From contig NW_002060945.1 of the NCBI RefSeq assembly GCF_000150275.1, positions 7,183,607-7,247,606 on the forward strand: a stretch of 64,000 bases of DNA, written 5' to 3'. This stretch comes from Trichoplax adhaerens (lineage: Eukaryota > Animalia > Placozoa). Shown here piece after piece: positions 27,589-39,800 of this stretch; position 1 is the stretch's first letter, and each line of letters begins with the position of its first letter. The position numbers and the translations under genes are program-made. The notes beneath the pieces were generated by a model that saw only the letters and a program-made list of their open reading frames with translations, was not told the DNA's origin and ran no database searches.

Positions 27589-28625
27589 TGATTTGGCATT
27601 TCTGTGCATTCCAACAATAACCATTGCATTTAGCTGGACAAGTTGGGCAATTAGTCGGTAAAGTTTTTGTGATGATTCTATCAGGTGCATAACTTGATCC
27701 CATAACACTTGACCATTTAATAGTATTATAGTAGCACATAATCTTATTGTTCTGGATTCTGACTTTACCGCGTTCGATTTTGGTGAGTGAAGGTAATGAC
27801 ATGTCTAGTAATTGCTGATCAAAATAAAGAAGCAAGGTAAAGCCATAAAAGAATTGATTGCCACGGATTACACGTAAATTTGGAAACATAAAACCAAGGG
27901 AGGTTGGATATTTGCCAGCCACTAAACCCATTACTAGAGATCCAGTAATCTCCCGTAAATCAGGGAATATTGAAGCATTGACATGTGCTTGTGTATGCAT
28001 TCGATAGTTGGCAAAAAAAATTGATCCAACGTAGACCGTACAACCTTTTAAGATAGGAGCATCAGCGATTACTTTCATAATTAGTCCCTCGCCGGAAGGT
28101 TCATAGCATACTACAAGAGAATAATAATAAATAAACTGAGTAAAGCCAGATCACTCCGTACTAAAGTGTAAAGTGAAGACAGAGGACCATTATCACTCAA
28201 GTTTTAAAATGTTTATGAAACGATCAACTATTACATGCCACCTACCGGTATATCATTACACACAAAAACAATAATAGGAAATATCTACAAATCAATCAAT
28301 GCCGCAATATGCATAAAGTCTGATAAAGGTTCTTGGAATACTGTAGTTGAAATCAGTTTAATTCTGAATAAGTTCATAAAATATTTCACATAGACATAAT
28401 TTACTGTTAATCTAAGTCACCACGGTGCACTGTGTTATGTACAGGATAGATGAATGAACATAGATGGTATTACGCGTATTATGGTATCACGTGCGGAAAG
28501 TTGATTTCCTGTATCTTCGTCTTACCTTTGCTAGGTAGCTGACAATCAACCAAACCAATAGAACATATTAACCCAAGCGAAAGAAGCATCATGATATCTA
28601 CGGTGATAAACTTCATTCTGGCCAT
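27589..28625 (-). CDS. Second version (probable allele) of InR-2 exons 1-2: signal peptide plus L1 domain
   Basis: Exons 28526-28625 and 27589-28110, both intact. Differs from 23556-24077 at 14 amino acids. Confidence 0.8.
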
Positions 28626-31264
28626 GATGAAGCTATTCTTTAAGAGGCAAACCAATTATCGTTGACCCACTTCGAGAGCTTTTTAGGGATACTGTCATTC
28701 ACTAATTGGGTAATTACCACATGTAGTGTTGATAGGAAAAGTAAAAAGTCCTTCGAAGCTAAAACTAGTCAGAAAATCACGTCAATCTATTAGTCACATA
28801 CGTTACGAGGGTTAATAAAAAGCACAAATAGATACAGTTTAGCAGGTTATTTTTGTCCATTTTGTCCTTTTATTGCTCTTGGCTTTTTCTATTTAATTAA
28901 TTCAATTAAATAAATGAAGAATTCACGTAATGGACATATCGTCCATCGCAGTGGTGTAAATGGTGTGCTAGCAAAAGTAAATATGAAGAGTGTCAATTTC
29001 TGACTTTTGGTTATAGTAAAAATGGCTTTGTAAAATTGGAAATGATACAGTCCACTATCATTTTAAGCGTAGTTGAGTGTTACTGATCTCCAAAATAGTG
29101 ATCAATCCTGTACATTAATACAGACGAAATGACCAAAGCAGGGAGCGTTTAGGTATTTTCGAAGCTATTTACAGTTGGTGTTGACGCGTTTCCATACAGT
29201 ACAATGTACTGTATCGGACAATACTACAGTACAGTGTACTGTACTGTGCTTTACAATATTCGGAGTCACTAAGTACTGTAGAGTTTGAAACGGGTTGTTT
29301 CAAACAGTTACCGCAGCAGTCTGTGCCAAGGCGTGCATCTCAACCTCTACAGAGCAGTACTGTAGGTTTCCAGTCAGTGATAGGCAAGCCTCTAGTTTGT
29401 AGATTACAGTACAGTATACCAGTTCGAGAGAGATGACAACTAATTTTGAAAAATGCTGTTTTTACTGAGCGTAACTGCAGTTTAGAGAGTTCTGAAACGT
29501 TCTAAAAAGATTGTTTTTACACTGATTGTATAAAATCTAAGCAAGTAATAAATGTACGTGCACCGTACTACACTACACTACTACATCGCAATTTATCTCA
29601 ATTGACGAAATGTCGAAGAATGATCGATCGTTTGCCGTAATCGTGGTATTAATCAGTAGAGTTAATAAGGACACTGTTATGTTCATATAGTTCTATTCAT
29701 ATACAGCAATAAACCGTAAAAATACGTTTTTAGAGAATGCAGACTAGGCTAGCAATCGAATCTAACTGTTTATTACAGAGGTGCTTGCGCGAATGTTAAC
29801 GCATACGTAAATGTGAAAAGTATGATCCTAAGTTAGTAATACATTAAGTAGTGTGCTGTATTGCTATATACTTTGTACTATAATCCTAAACAGGTCTTGA
29901 TCTTTTCTAAATTGGCCAAAGTAAAACGAAGTATCATAAAGAGTTCATATCAAGACTGATCGTCTGTCCTGACGAGCAGTTACGCGGAATATTTATATTT
30001 CTTGCTATCTGTTATTAAACATGGCAGTAGATTAACCGATTAAATGCTTTTGCTAATAATTAATTATACATCATTATGATTATACACGTCGTAACGTGCG
30101 TACAAGGTACTAAATGTAAAACCCAGACGATCAGTATCAACGGTTTTTGTTAATAAACCTTTTGACGTTTTCACTAAAAAAATATCCAGTATAGCGGTGT
30201 AATGTGCTTAATCATCATCAATTGCTGTTGTCGACGAGTCATTCTAGTGCAATACGTAGAGATATAGAATATAATACTATATAATAAGATGAAATTTGAT
30301 ATGTACAATGTACTGTACCGTACTTCTACTCGTGCAGTACTGTATGTTTCGCGTTTATGACCTTACATGTAGCAAGCGCGCCTGGAAAAGTTGTAATTAT
30401 TGGAAATATTTAGGACCGAATATGTACATTATTTACTTCTATTGGTACACATATTACAGTACACAGTATTGTGAAGGAGTACACAACTAAGATTCTTCAT
30501 TTTTAGCCGTCGTGAGTCGTGTCCAGCGGGGACCGGAGACGAGTATTACATTTATAGCAGATACGTACAGTATAGCAATAATTAACAAATACTGTAAACT
30601 ATGCCGTACTGAGTGTTGTGGTCTACACCCAAGACTTTTCAAGTATTGTATCAGGGATTGTATCGTATCGTCCAGTATTCGCATACCGGAGACTTCTATT
30701 GTACTACAAATTTCTACCACGTATGGAACTCGTAGCTACCTTAGACTGGCACTCATAGCAACAAAAAAGTCGAATGTAGGATCAATTTAGTCTTTCTAAA
30801 ATTGATACAGTCTATTCGGAAAGAGTGACATAAGCGCCAAGATCCTGTAAGAAAATGATTGACGTAAAAGTAGTCCAACATTTAGAGTATACAGTACTGT
30901 ACAGTACTATCGAAGTTTGTCTCAATATCATCCTTATTTTCATTGCTGTACTGTACGTAGTGTAGTTTGAAGAAGAAATCTGTGCTTACTGAGTACAGTT
31001 ATTACGGAATTGGGATCAACATTGCAATATTTCATAGCTTCACTGGTGAAAAGCGTTCTATCTGAGGATCTATTTTATCCATGAATGCACTACTTTATTC
31101 ATTAATAGTTACAGTATGATCGACTAAAGTTATTAGTCCGTCTATAGAACTTACGTTCATGGGATTCCCTTATTTTTTTGCTTTAAGAATTTGATTTCGT
31201 TCTTGAGCAATCAACACATCAGCGACTACGGAGCTTTCAACTTTTTAGTCTTCACTCTTCAACA

Positions 31265-31548
31265 TACAGTACAGTACACTGTACGCTGGCGTTCTTGATT
31301 CAGTATTGTTTTTGTACAGTACAATATACTGTACATGCGACGCTCTTCGCGTAGTGCGCATGTGTATTGGACAGTACAGTACAGTATAGTACAGTACTGT
31401 ACTTGTGTTTTTACTTCACGATGCTGTACAGTACAGTACAGTACACTGTAGTGAGCTGTACGCAGGTTTGCGACGTTATACTGTACTGTACAGTACACTG
31501 TACATTGTACAGTACAGTATGTGGATGAGGTACTGTACACTGTACAGT
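31265..31548. repeat. ACAGT/ACTGT pentamer microsatellite cluster forming palindromic blocks separated by unique segments
   Basis: Six blocks such as TACAGTACAGTACACTGTAC and ACAGTACAGTACAGTATAGTACAGTACTGTAC. Confidence 0.9.
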
Positions 31549-34500
31549 TTAAGCAATGTTGTGCTGCGGAGGCTGCAGAGAATCAGATAGACGAAATTTT
31601 GGACACGATCGGATCCAATGCCTAAAACACTAGTGTCGTGTTGGGTACTGTACAGTTGTGCAATCATAAATGGATAATACTAATGATAATATAATTATGA
31701 ATTAGGAATACTGTACACTAGAAGTAATGGTAGAAGATTGAATTCCGATGTTGAATTCTTTTGAATCTTTTCAAAATTTTTATAATTGTTCGATGATAAA
31801 AAAATAATCATCATCCGTAACGCAAGGTAATCTTATTTAATAATATCGTTAAAATTTGAATGGGCAAAGCCTTTCGTCAAATGCGGCCACTCGTATTTAT
31901 GAATTGGTAATAGCAATTCTCTTAAAACGTATACTACATAATTGATGAAAGACGAACGTCGATAATTTTTATTTTTGGCCAGCTGCATAAGTTAGCGTTA
32001 CCTGCAGAGTGCAGACAGTCAATGGCGAGACGCATCATAAACCAAAAATTTTTTCGCTTTCAAAAATAATAAATATTAGATCCATAAAAATGTTTTTTTA
32101 AGTTGCAGACAATAATACCATCTCAATCTGGATACAGCGCAGCATGCGCCCAAATCCTATTTTGATTCCCTCTCACAAATGGATATGCTATAAAGTACAG
32201 TACAGTAAATGAGTTTTGAAATAAAGTACATACTGTAAATGTGAGAGCTACCTACAAAATTATAGCCAAGTTATCTCCATAAATGAACTTAACGTAGCAT
32301 ATGTGGACAATTATAATCATTATTTATACAATAAATTATTAATACTGGTCGATTATCGTTGAAATTTCAAGACCAATATTTAGGCTTTTACCGTGCGCTT
32401 CTAACCTGTTACGATTTATCGTTAATTGATAAATACAATCGACAGCCGTAAAGCTAATAACTTTAATCTTCATCTGCTATTATACTAAATTCAATGTTCG
32501 CACAGTATAAAATTAAAAAACTTCATGATAGTATGCTATGATCGTAACCTTTCTTACTTAGCATTTCTGTATACCGAAAAGTACAGAATTGCAATTCTTC
32601 AACTCTCGGTTTGTAAACTCTAGCTCATCTTGCATATGATGGATAGGAGAATAAAAGGCCTTTTTCCTACCTCTACGGTTTAATCTTGTTGGAATTATTT
32701 AGAAATGCATATGTCGGCAATGATGACCATAACCATTGTGAGTACCAAGTAGTAATTGGTACCGCCATCATGATTATCATAATAATCACTAATCACTGAT
32801 TAATGGATTATTACGGGGAGCAATCAGTTCTATAATTGTACTGTACATACGTGTAGAGTCTGCTTCATAGCCCCAAATTAATTTATTTTCTCAGTATAGA
32901 ATCATAACGATATGGCGTTGATTATATAGTATTTGCTAGCAAGTAATTATATTTCATTTTAGTATCACGACTACATCATCGGTCTGGTCTTCATGGTTGT
33001 ACTTGCTAATTGGAAACACTGTTCGACATGGTTGTGCAGATAATCTTCTATTGCAAAATATACACTGATCAAGGTAGAATACTGTAATAGATCATAATAA
33101 ATACACCATTTGTAGCGTACTGAATATTTTTTTATTCTGAATGATTCACTGCAAGCTTTCGTGAAATAAGATCAAATTACCATCATTTCAGTTAGGCCTG
33201 ATTCGATCACCATACTAAAGAATAAAATTGAGCTTTGAAAGCATCAATGCCGTAAAGTGCGATATTGTGTGCTTCTAGTCGTAACAAACTTTGCATAGAA
33301 ATGTAATCAGATATCGGACTAGATGTTTATAATTTTTCACGGCAATCGCAAATATAGGATGTTTATTAATTTATGAGTGCTTAACGTGTTACGATCGGTA
33401 AACGAAATATTTGAGAAGAGACAATGTAGCTCTACGTATTGTGCTTAAGGTAATACAGTATGACTGTTTTGATCGGATCATCATTTTAAGCTAGTACTAT
33501 ACGATAATAGTTTATCTATCAAAGCCAGATCATACGGTAGGATCTTTCAATTAGCCAATAATGCTTTATTATAGATATTAGGCGTTTCTTCTCTTTTTCA
33601 TATGAGTATTGTATTTTAGCAGTATTCAGGAAAGCTATCACATTAAGAAGTTGAAAACAACACGTGAAGCCAAATAACAATAACAATACCTTTTTAATTC
33701 GTATTCAGGGAAGTAATCGGTGCTATTTTGAAGCCCGTATTTGTCATCATGTTCAACTTTAGTGATAAAATAAAATATTAATTGTAAGAAAGAGTGAGAA
33801 CTTTTCCCTTACTTGTGATTCTGAAATTAATCATCATCGTCAAATGTTAAAACTAGTAAAAATAGCTATTACCCTAATAATTGTAATGTATTTGCTTACT
33901 TTGTCTTCTATTGACAGACATTGCGTTCTAGTAAACAGTCTAGTTCATTGAAACTATTGTTATTCTAAGTGATCTAAAATATGCAATAGGCTTTTTGTTC
34001 ATGATTATATACATCTAAAATTTCTGATAAATAGGCGTTGCGCTTAATGGCTTCTATAAATATAAGGTACAGATTTTGATCCTGTTATTAGTGGATAATA
34101 CTGAAATTAAGAGCTATCTTAAATAAATAAACGTATTAGATCAAAGTATCTTGAAAACTGGCATACCGTACTACCCATCTGAATGTTTAGGCAACATCTA
34201 CGTACAGTCTATGATCTATAGAACAGTATTGTCTAACGATCTGATGCTTTCGTTATTCTATTGAGTTACACAGCTAATAGCACAATACTTTTGCTATTCT
34301 ATCTCACAATCTATATTATATACGTACTCTATAAATATATTTATTTCTGGGAGTTATTCCACCTGATCTAATATTGTTTGGGTCACGATCCGTGGCAAAA
34401 CGCTGTTATTCTCATTGTATTAGTCGATCAGTAATTAAGCACGTTTGTTAAATATTTTTATTTTTTGCAGAAATATATTCACAAAGATAATTTTTTAAGG

Positions 34501-36334
34501 AGGGTCAAAGCACTCTATGATCGCAATTTATCCATGATTAGTACTGTCAGATGTATAAGTATGACAGTAGGACGATCATAGTACAGTGATACTAACTGGA
34601 AGCAAAAGTGTTTTCTCATTAAGGTCGTTAAATTGAAAATTTTATATTTAAGTGAATCGCGTATTATGTAGGCTGATAATATGCTCATATTTATTAAAAG
34701 ATAATGATTAAACGACTAATTCTTAAACGAAAAGCATTCCTTATGGATACATACATGCACAATATACGGTACAAGTATAACAGTATATATGACATAATAA
34801 TTTAAGCTTCTACCGTTCCTGTAGGTATACCCGTGTAGTGACTTTCTGTTAACATGTAAATACTCATAATATTCTTTTCGTATGTAGATAATTAAACAAT
34901 TTACAAATAATAAATTTATTCTTAGCTATTCCTTCCTAAATTTTTAGGAATAATAATAGTACAGATGGTGCTATAGTACTATCTATTCATCTAAATCAGA
35001 AGAAGTACCTCTGTACTGGCCGTACATATGTACAGTATTTTCGAAATCTACCGTTTTGTCTGTAAGGTACTATACTATACTGTAGATCATCAAGTTATAG
35101 TACAACCGCCAAAGGAGTGCAATACTATTAATATTCATCATCAATATCACCGTTTTTTTTTTCAATTCTTATAATAGTACGAGTAGTATGTTATATGCTT
35201 AGCTCAAGACTAAATTTATGATGTAGCCTTTTTATAGTTACTGAATTTAATTTCTTTTACGCCTCTGATATCTGATCATGTTTCGCTTGATAATTAAGCG
35301 ATTTGCTAAAGTGCACTAATAAAGCTCAAGTTCTAAATTACTCTAGATCAAATAAATTAAGCAATTTTAGTCATGAATATTTTTTTTAGATATCTACCTC
35401 AATGAATACTCGCATGTTACGTTATTGTCTAGAATAGTCCATGACAGCTGATAGATGAATGAATGGCCGGATTAAGCATGCTAACACAGGGTGCTATAAC
35501 CTAATCATTGCATTACATTGGACAATGCACAGTACAGTACAGTACAATCATTGATTGCTTACAAAGTAAGAAAAAAATTGAGCATGCTGGTTCGTGTTGG
35601 AAAGCTACGGTAATGTTAATGCTGATGCGATGCTCCAACACGGTATGCAGCCATGTGTTTATGTATGAAGCAATATTGAGCATAGTATCTTCCTATTGGT
35701 GTACACTGTACAGTCAAAATTTCATGATATGGGATTTTAGTAAAAAGTACTAGGTAAAAAGTAAGACGAAAAATTACATCAATTATTACTTGTTCAAAGA
35801 TTAAGTGATCGATACTTAAGTATCATGATCGTAAAATGTTCACACTGATATAAAAAATATCTAAAGATAGTCATAGTATTGTACTATACTGTACATGAGA
35901 CAATCTTCACAAAAGTTCCATTCACCAATGTATTGTCTACTTCTGCATCAACGAGGTAAAATATTATTTTACCTCGTCATTTATTTATTGGTAATTTCGA
36001 AATTTAGTAGTCCAAGTCTATGGTTTACCATGGTTTTAAAGCAGGTTTTACTAGGCTTTGCCAGACCACCTTGTCTACAGTACGGTACTGTAAAACGACG
36101 AGGGTATTGTACACTGTACATTGTAGACTAGTGCAGCCCATGCGTGACAATGAATGAATGAATGAAAGACAAAAATGTTCCTTCAAGTTTCAACGATACG
36201 CTCACGTACTCAACCGAGCCCAGTGTGTTGTAGTGTACGCCACGTACTGTACGCGTACTGGTACTGTTCGATTCCCTTTGGTTCTTGCCGCGTCAGATTT
36301 TAGGCTCATTTTTGGCGTGTGACTCACCTTGCAA

Positions 36335-36628
36335 CTGACTACAGTACTGTGTGCCGTACAGTACTGCACCATTATACTGTGCTGTACAGTATGTTATCAT
36401 CGTACTGTACAGTAGGTGGTAAACGATACCCATTTCAACGTCATTCGCGATTTCTCGTGCCGGTGAGTTACAGTACATTGCAACTGACTACAGTACAATA
36501 CACTACACTACAGTACAGTACTGTACAGTACTGTAGTCGTACTGGAATGGACTGTACTGTATGTTATCATCGTACGTAGGTGGTAAACAATACCAATTTC
36601 AACGTCATCCGCGATAGCTCGTGCCGGT
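36335..36628. repeat. ACAGT-rich cluster plus a 70-76 bp direct repeat (36389-36464, 36559-36628) upstream of SLC12 gene A
   Basis: GTATGTTATCATCGTAC...GTAGGTGGTAAAC.ATACC.ATTTCAACGTCAT.CGCGAT..CTCGTGCCGGT occurs twice, separated by ACAGT runs. Confidence 0.88.
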
Positions 36629-36810
36629 CGTATTTTGCTTTTAACGTTATGCGAAAATGAAACTAGAGGAGGAGTAACGCCGGCTTCAATGGTGATCGAA
36701 AATAGAAGGAAAATCGTTCCAATTTTCCATTGATACGGTGTAGAGCAATCGATTACCGGTAAAGTAAAGCCATCGTGCAGCTTGCCTTCATTTTTCGTTA
36801 ATATTACATC

Positions 36811-39800
36811 ATGCCTACGAAACTTTCCAATCTTAAAAATACGGACGATAAATCGAAAGCGTCCAAGTTTCGCGTTAGGGTCGTCAATTCCAATCCAGAA
36901 GCCAATGATAATTTACCGGTTACCAACCAAAATATTGATGTCTGTCAGGTCAAAATGGATTATGCGCCTGATACACGTCAGGAGGAAGCATGTACATCCG
37001 ATCTTCATTCCTGTATAAAATATCGTCAAGTAGATGAAGAAAAGGGTATGATGGAGAGTTACCAATCGAAACGAGGATTGAATACCGTTAGCCATAACAG
37101 TGGGCCACCTTGTCATTCATCGAAATTAGATTGTCGTAAATCCCGAAACGATAATTTGGAGGTCGCCTTCGATCTTTCATCTTGTGGTCATGGTAGTAAA
37201 ACCTCGAATAGCAAAAATGATTATAGGACAAATTATAGTGAATCCGCTCATCACATTGATACCTATAGTCCTTATTATACCACGGAAGCTTTGCCCATGT
37301 TAACATTTTACAAGCAAGCTACTACTCCCAATTCCAACTATGGAAGCCGACCAACGTTAGACGACCTTCATTGTCCAGATGTCAGTATGACTAGAATAAA
37401 TTCTTTTTTATAGCTATTATTTCATACACTTATTGTCATGTTAAAGAAAGTATAGTAGTATAATGTCGTCCATGCCGCTTGATATTCTTCGTACTTTCTA
37501 GTTATTGCTACTTCAATACCGATAGGAAAAAAACTTTGCAATCAATATTTATTCCTTATTTCCTTGCCTACAGTATACGATAGCGTTAGGAATAATGTCT
37601 TGTAATCATGATACCACATATTATAAATTGGTTAGAGCAAGTAATGGAGAATGGAACCAATTTTTCTTGAGTTAGAAACAAAGTTACTCGTATACAGTAA
37701 CGGTGATCTGCTCTGTCAATAAATTGCTGTTGAGGATAAGATTGCAATCGTAACAAGTAATCTCTGATTTAGAAAACTCCCGCGCGAGAAACTGAAACAG
37801 TGGCAACTCAAAAGTTGAAAACCAATGGAGTTGATGATGCATCAAAATTCGGTTGGATTAAGGGCGTCCTGGTATGATATTTTTTTTTAACTTAAATCTG
37901 ACTTTTATACATTGTCGCATCTGTTTCTGTGCGAATGTGATCCTTAAGTAAAGTAGTAATGTAAACTTCTTAAAGTGGACTTAAGACGGAAATGAAAAAG
38001 ATTTAGTACGACATTCAACTAGAAATAAGTCGTCACTTCTTGTATATACTCGTGCATATTGTAATATGGGCTACTAAGGATTCCTGTGGCTCTTGACTAG
38101 ACCCTAGTGGTCTCGGCTTTCCACATATTTGTATCAGTTACTTGTCAAAGCTTTAATTTTCCTAGCAATTCTTTATGCTTATACTTACCCACAGGCGACT
38201 TTGTGCATTTTGTGCACAAGGCGATCGCCTCTTTTTACACTCTTAAGTTAAAGGCAAAGTGATTGATTTAATTTATCATATTCTATGTTGTATGAAAAAC
38301 CTTCATAAAGAATGAATATGTTCTTTATTTCTTTGATTAATGATATCATTTATTCCTCAGTAGGTTGACTGAAACTATTGATAAACAATTACGATATAAT
38401 AACTTTATCGCCGCTGTTTACTCTGTTAATGCAGATTCGATGCTTGTTAAATATTTGGGGAGTTATGTTGTTTTCACGTCTATCCTGGGTAGTTGGCCAA
38501 GCCGGTCTAGGTAGGAGAACAAAATGGCAGTCAACTTTGTTATGATTAATTCAATTGAGCATGTTAATATAGCATTGTATTATGTTAACGTATTATGTGC
38601 AAGAGAATACCGTTGCCTTTCATGATATCAATAATGACAATTATTGCCATTTTATAATTCTTCAACGATTTTTTAACTCGTATTATATATTAGAGTTATT
38701 GTTTACATCAATTATGACGTCGATACAATAGCTTGTAAGTGATTTTGAAATCTGACAACAGTTTAATCTAGTATCAGCTTGCTTGCGATATGAAATTTGA
38801 ATTTTTTTATAGTTGGTTTGATATTGGTATTACTCATCTAGAGATATTCTTAATTCTTTGAATTTTTTATTTCTATATACAGTGCATGTAGAGGAATTCA
38901 TTTGAGAACATACAGTATATTCACTTACTGTTACGTGGAATTTATAATAGAATAATTTTTATTATATTGCTGTCCCATTCTCTACTGTACTGTAGGTCGT
39001 TATACGCTAGTGTGTAGAAATGGGGTTATACTAGGGGATTGATTCACGTATGATTACTATATATTTGGCTAATATGATTTAAGACCCCTATAATTGATAT
39101 ATTATTTTTAAAATTTTAAAGTTTTAGAGTTGATCACAGACTAATAAATAACAACATAGGCGTGTAACGTAACTGATACTGATTCATTGCCTTCGTGTTT
39201 TGGGGTTCATATGATAGGCTTCGCTTTGCTGATTATTCTTCTAGCGGCAGTAATAACTGTTGTAACTACTTTGTCTATGTCTGCTATTTGTAGTAATGGA
39301 GAAGTAAAAGGGGGTACGTAGTTATATAATTGGTATTTCTATAAATCTAAATTTATTAGAAGATATATTACTGTGATACTAGCTATTCAGTTATAAAACT
39401 TTATGTTCGTTTCTTTTGAAGGTGGTGCATACTACCTGATTTCTAGAAGTTTAGGACCTGAATTTGGTACTTTTTACGCAATTCGATTAAAATCGAACGA
39501 TATGTTAGCTAAATTATGCGCATGGATTAGTTATTTTACGTCCTTGTTCTGCGATATAGGTGGCGCTATAGGATTAATATTCTCCACCGCTAACGCTATT
39601 GGTGTAGCATTGTACATTGTTGGTTTTGCTGAAGCTGTGAGAGATTATCTAAAGGTAATTTGATGGAATCATCAATTAAAATTAAATTAGACTGAAGATT
39701 ATCTTATTAAAATTTCAAAAAATTTTTTTAAATACTTTATTATTCTTCCATGCATCCTAGGTTATAAACGTTGTCATAGTCGATGATCTTAATGATATTC

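Larger units (their letters stand above)
23413..31221. repeat. 3.8-kb near-identical duplication (23413-27190 = 27446-31221) flanking a gap; probably uncollapsed haplotypes
   Basis: Offset about 4031-4033. Both copies abut the N gap. About 1% divergence in distal non-coding parts (by eye). Confidence 0.92.

Noticed and set aside
27589-28110. Gene conversion from InR-1 explaining the variant L1 exon
   Set aside because: Variant sites match InR-1 in one copy at some positions and in the other copy at others; no continuous tract.
27446-31221. A third complete insulin receptor gene
   Set aside because: Only exons 1-2 are present, both copies abut the gap, and non-coding identity is about 99%. 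An uncollapsed haplotype is the simpler explanation, though a recent duplication is not excluded.
31265-31548. CRISPR-like repeat-spacer array
   Set aside because: Repeats are variable-length pentamer microsatellites, spacer lengths are irregular, there are no cas genes, and the context is eukaryotic.
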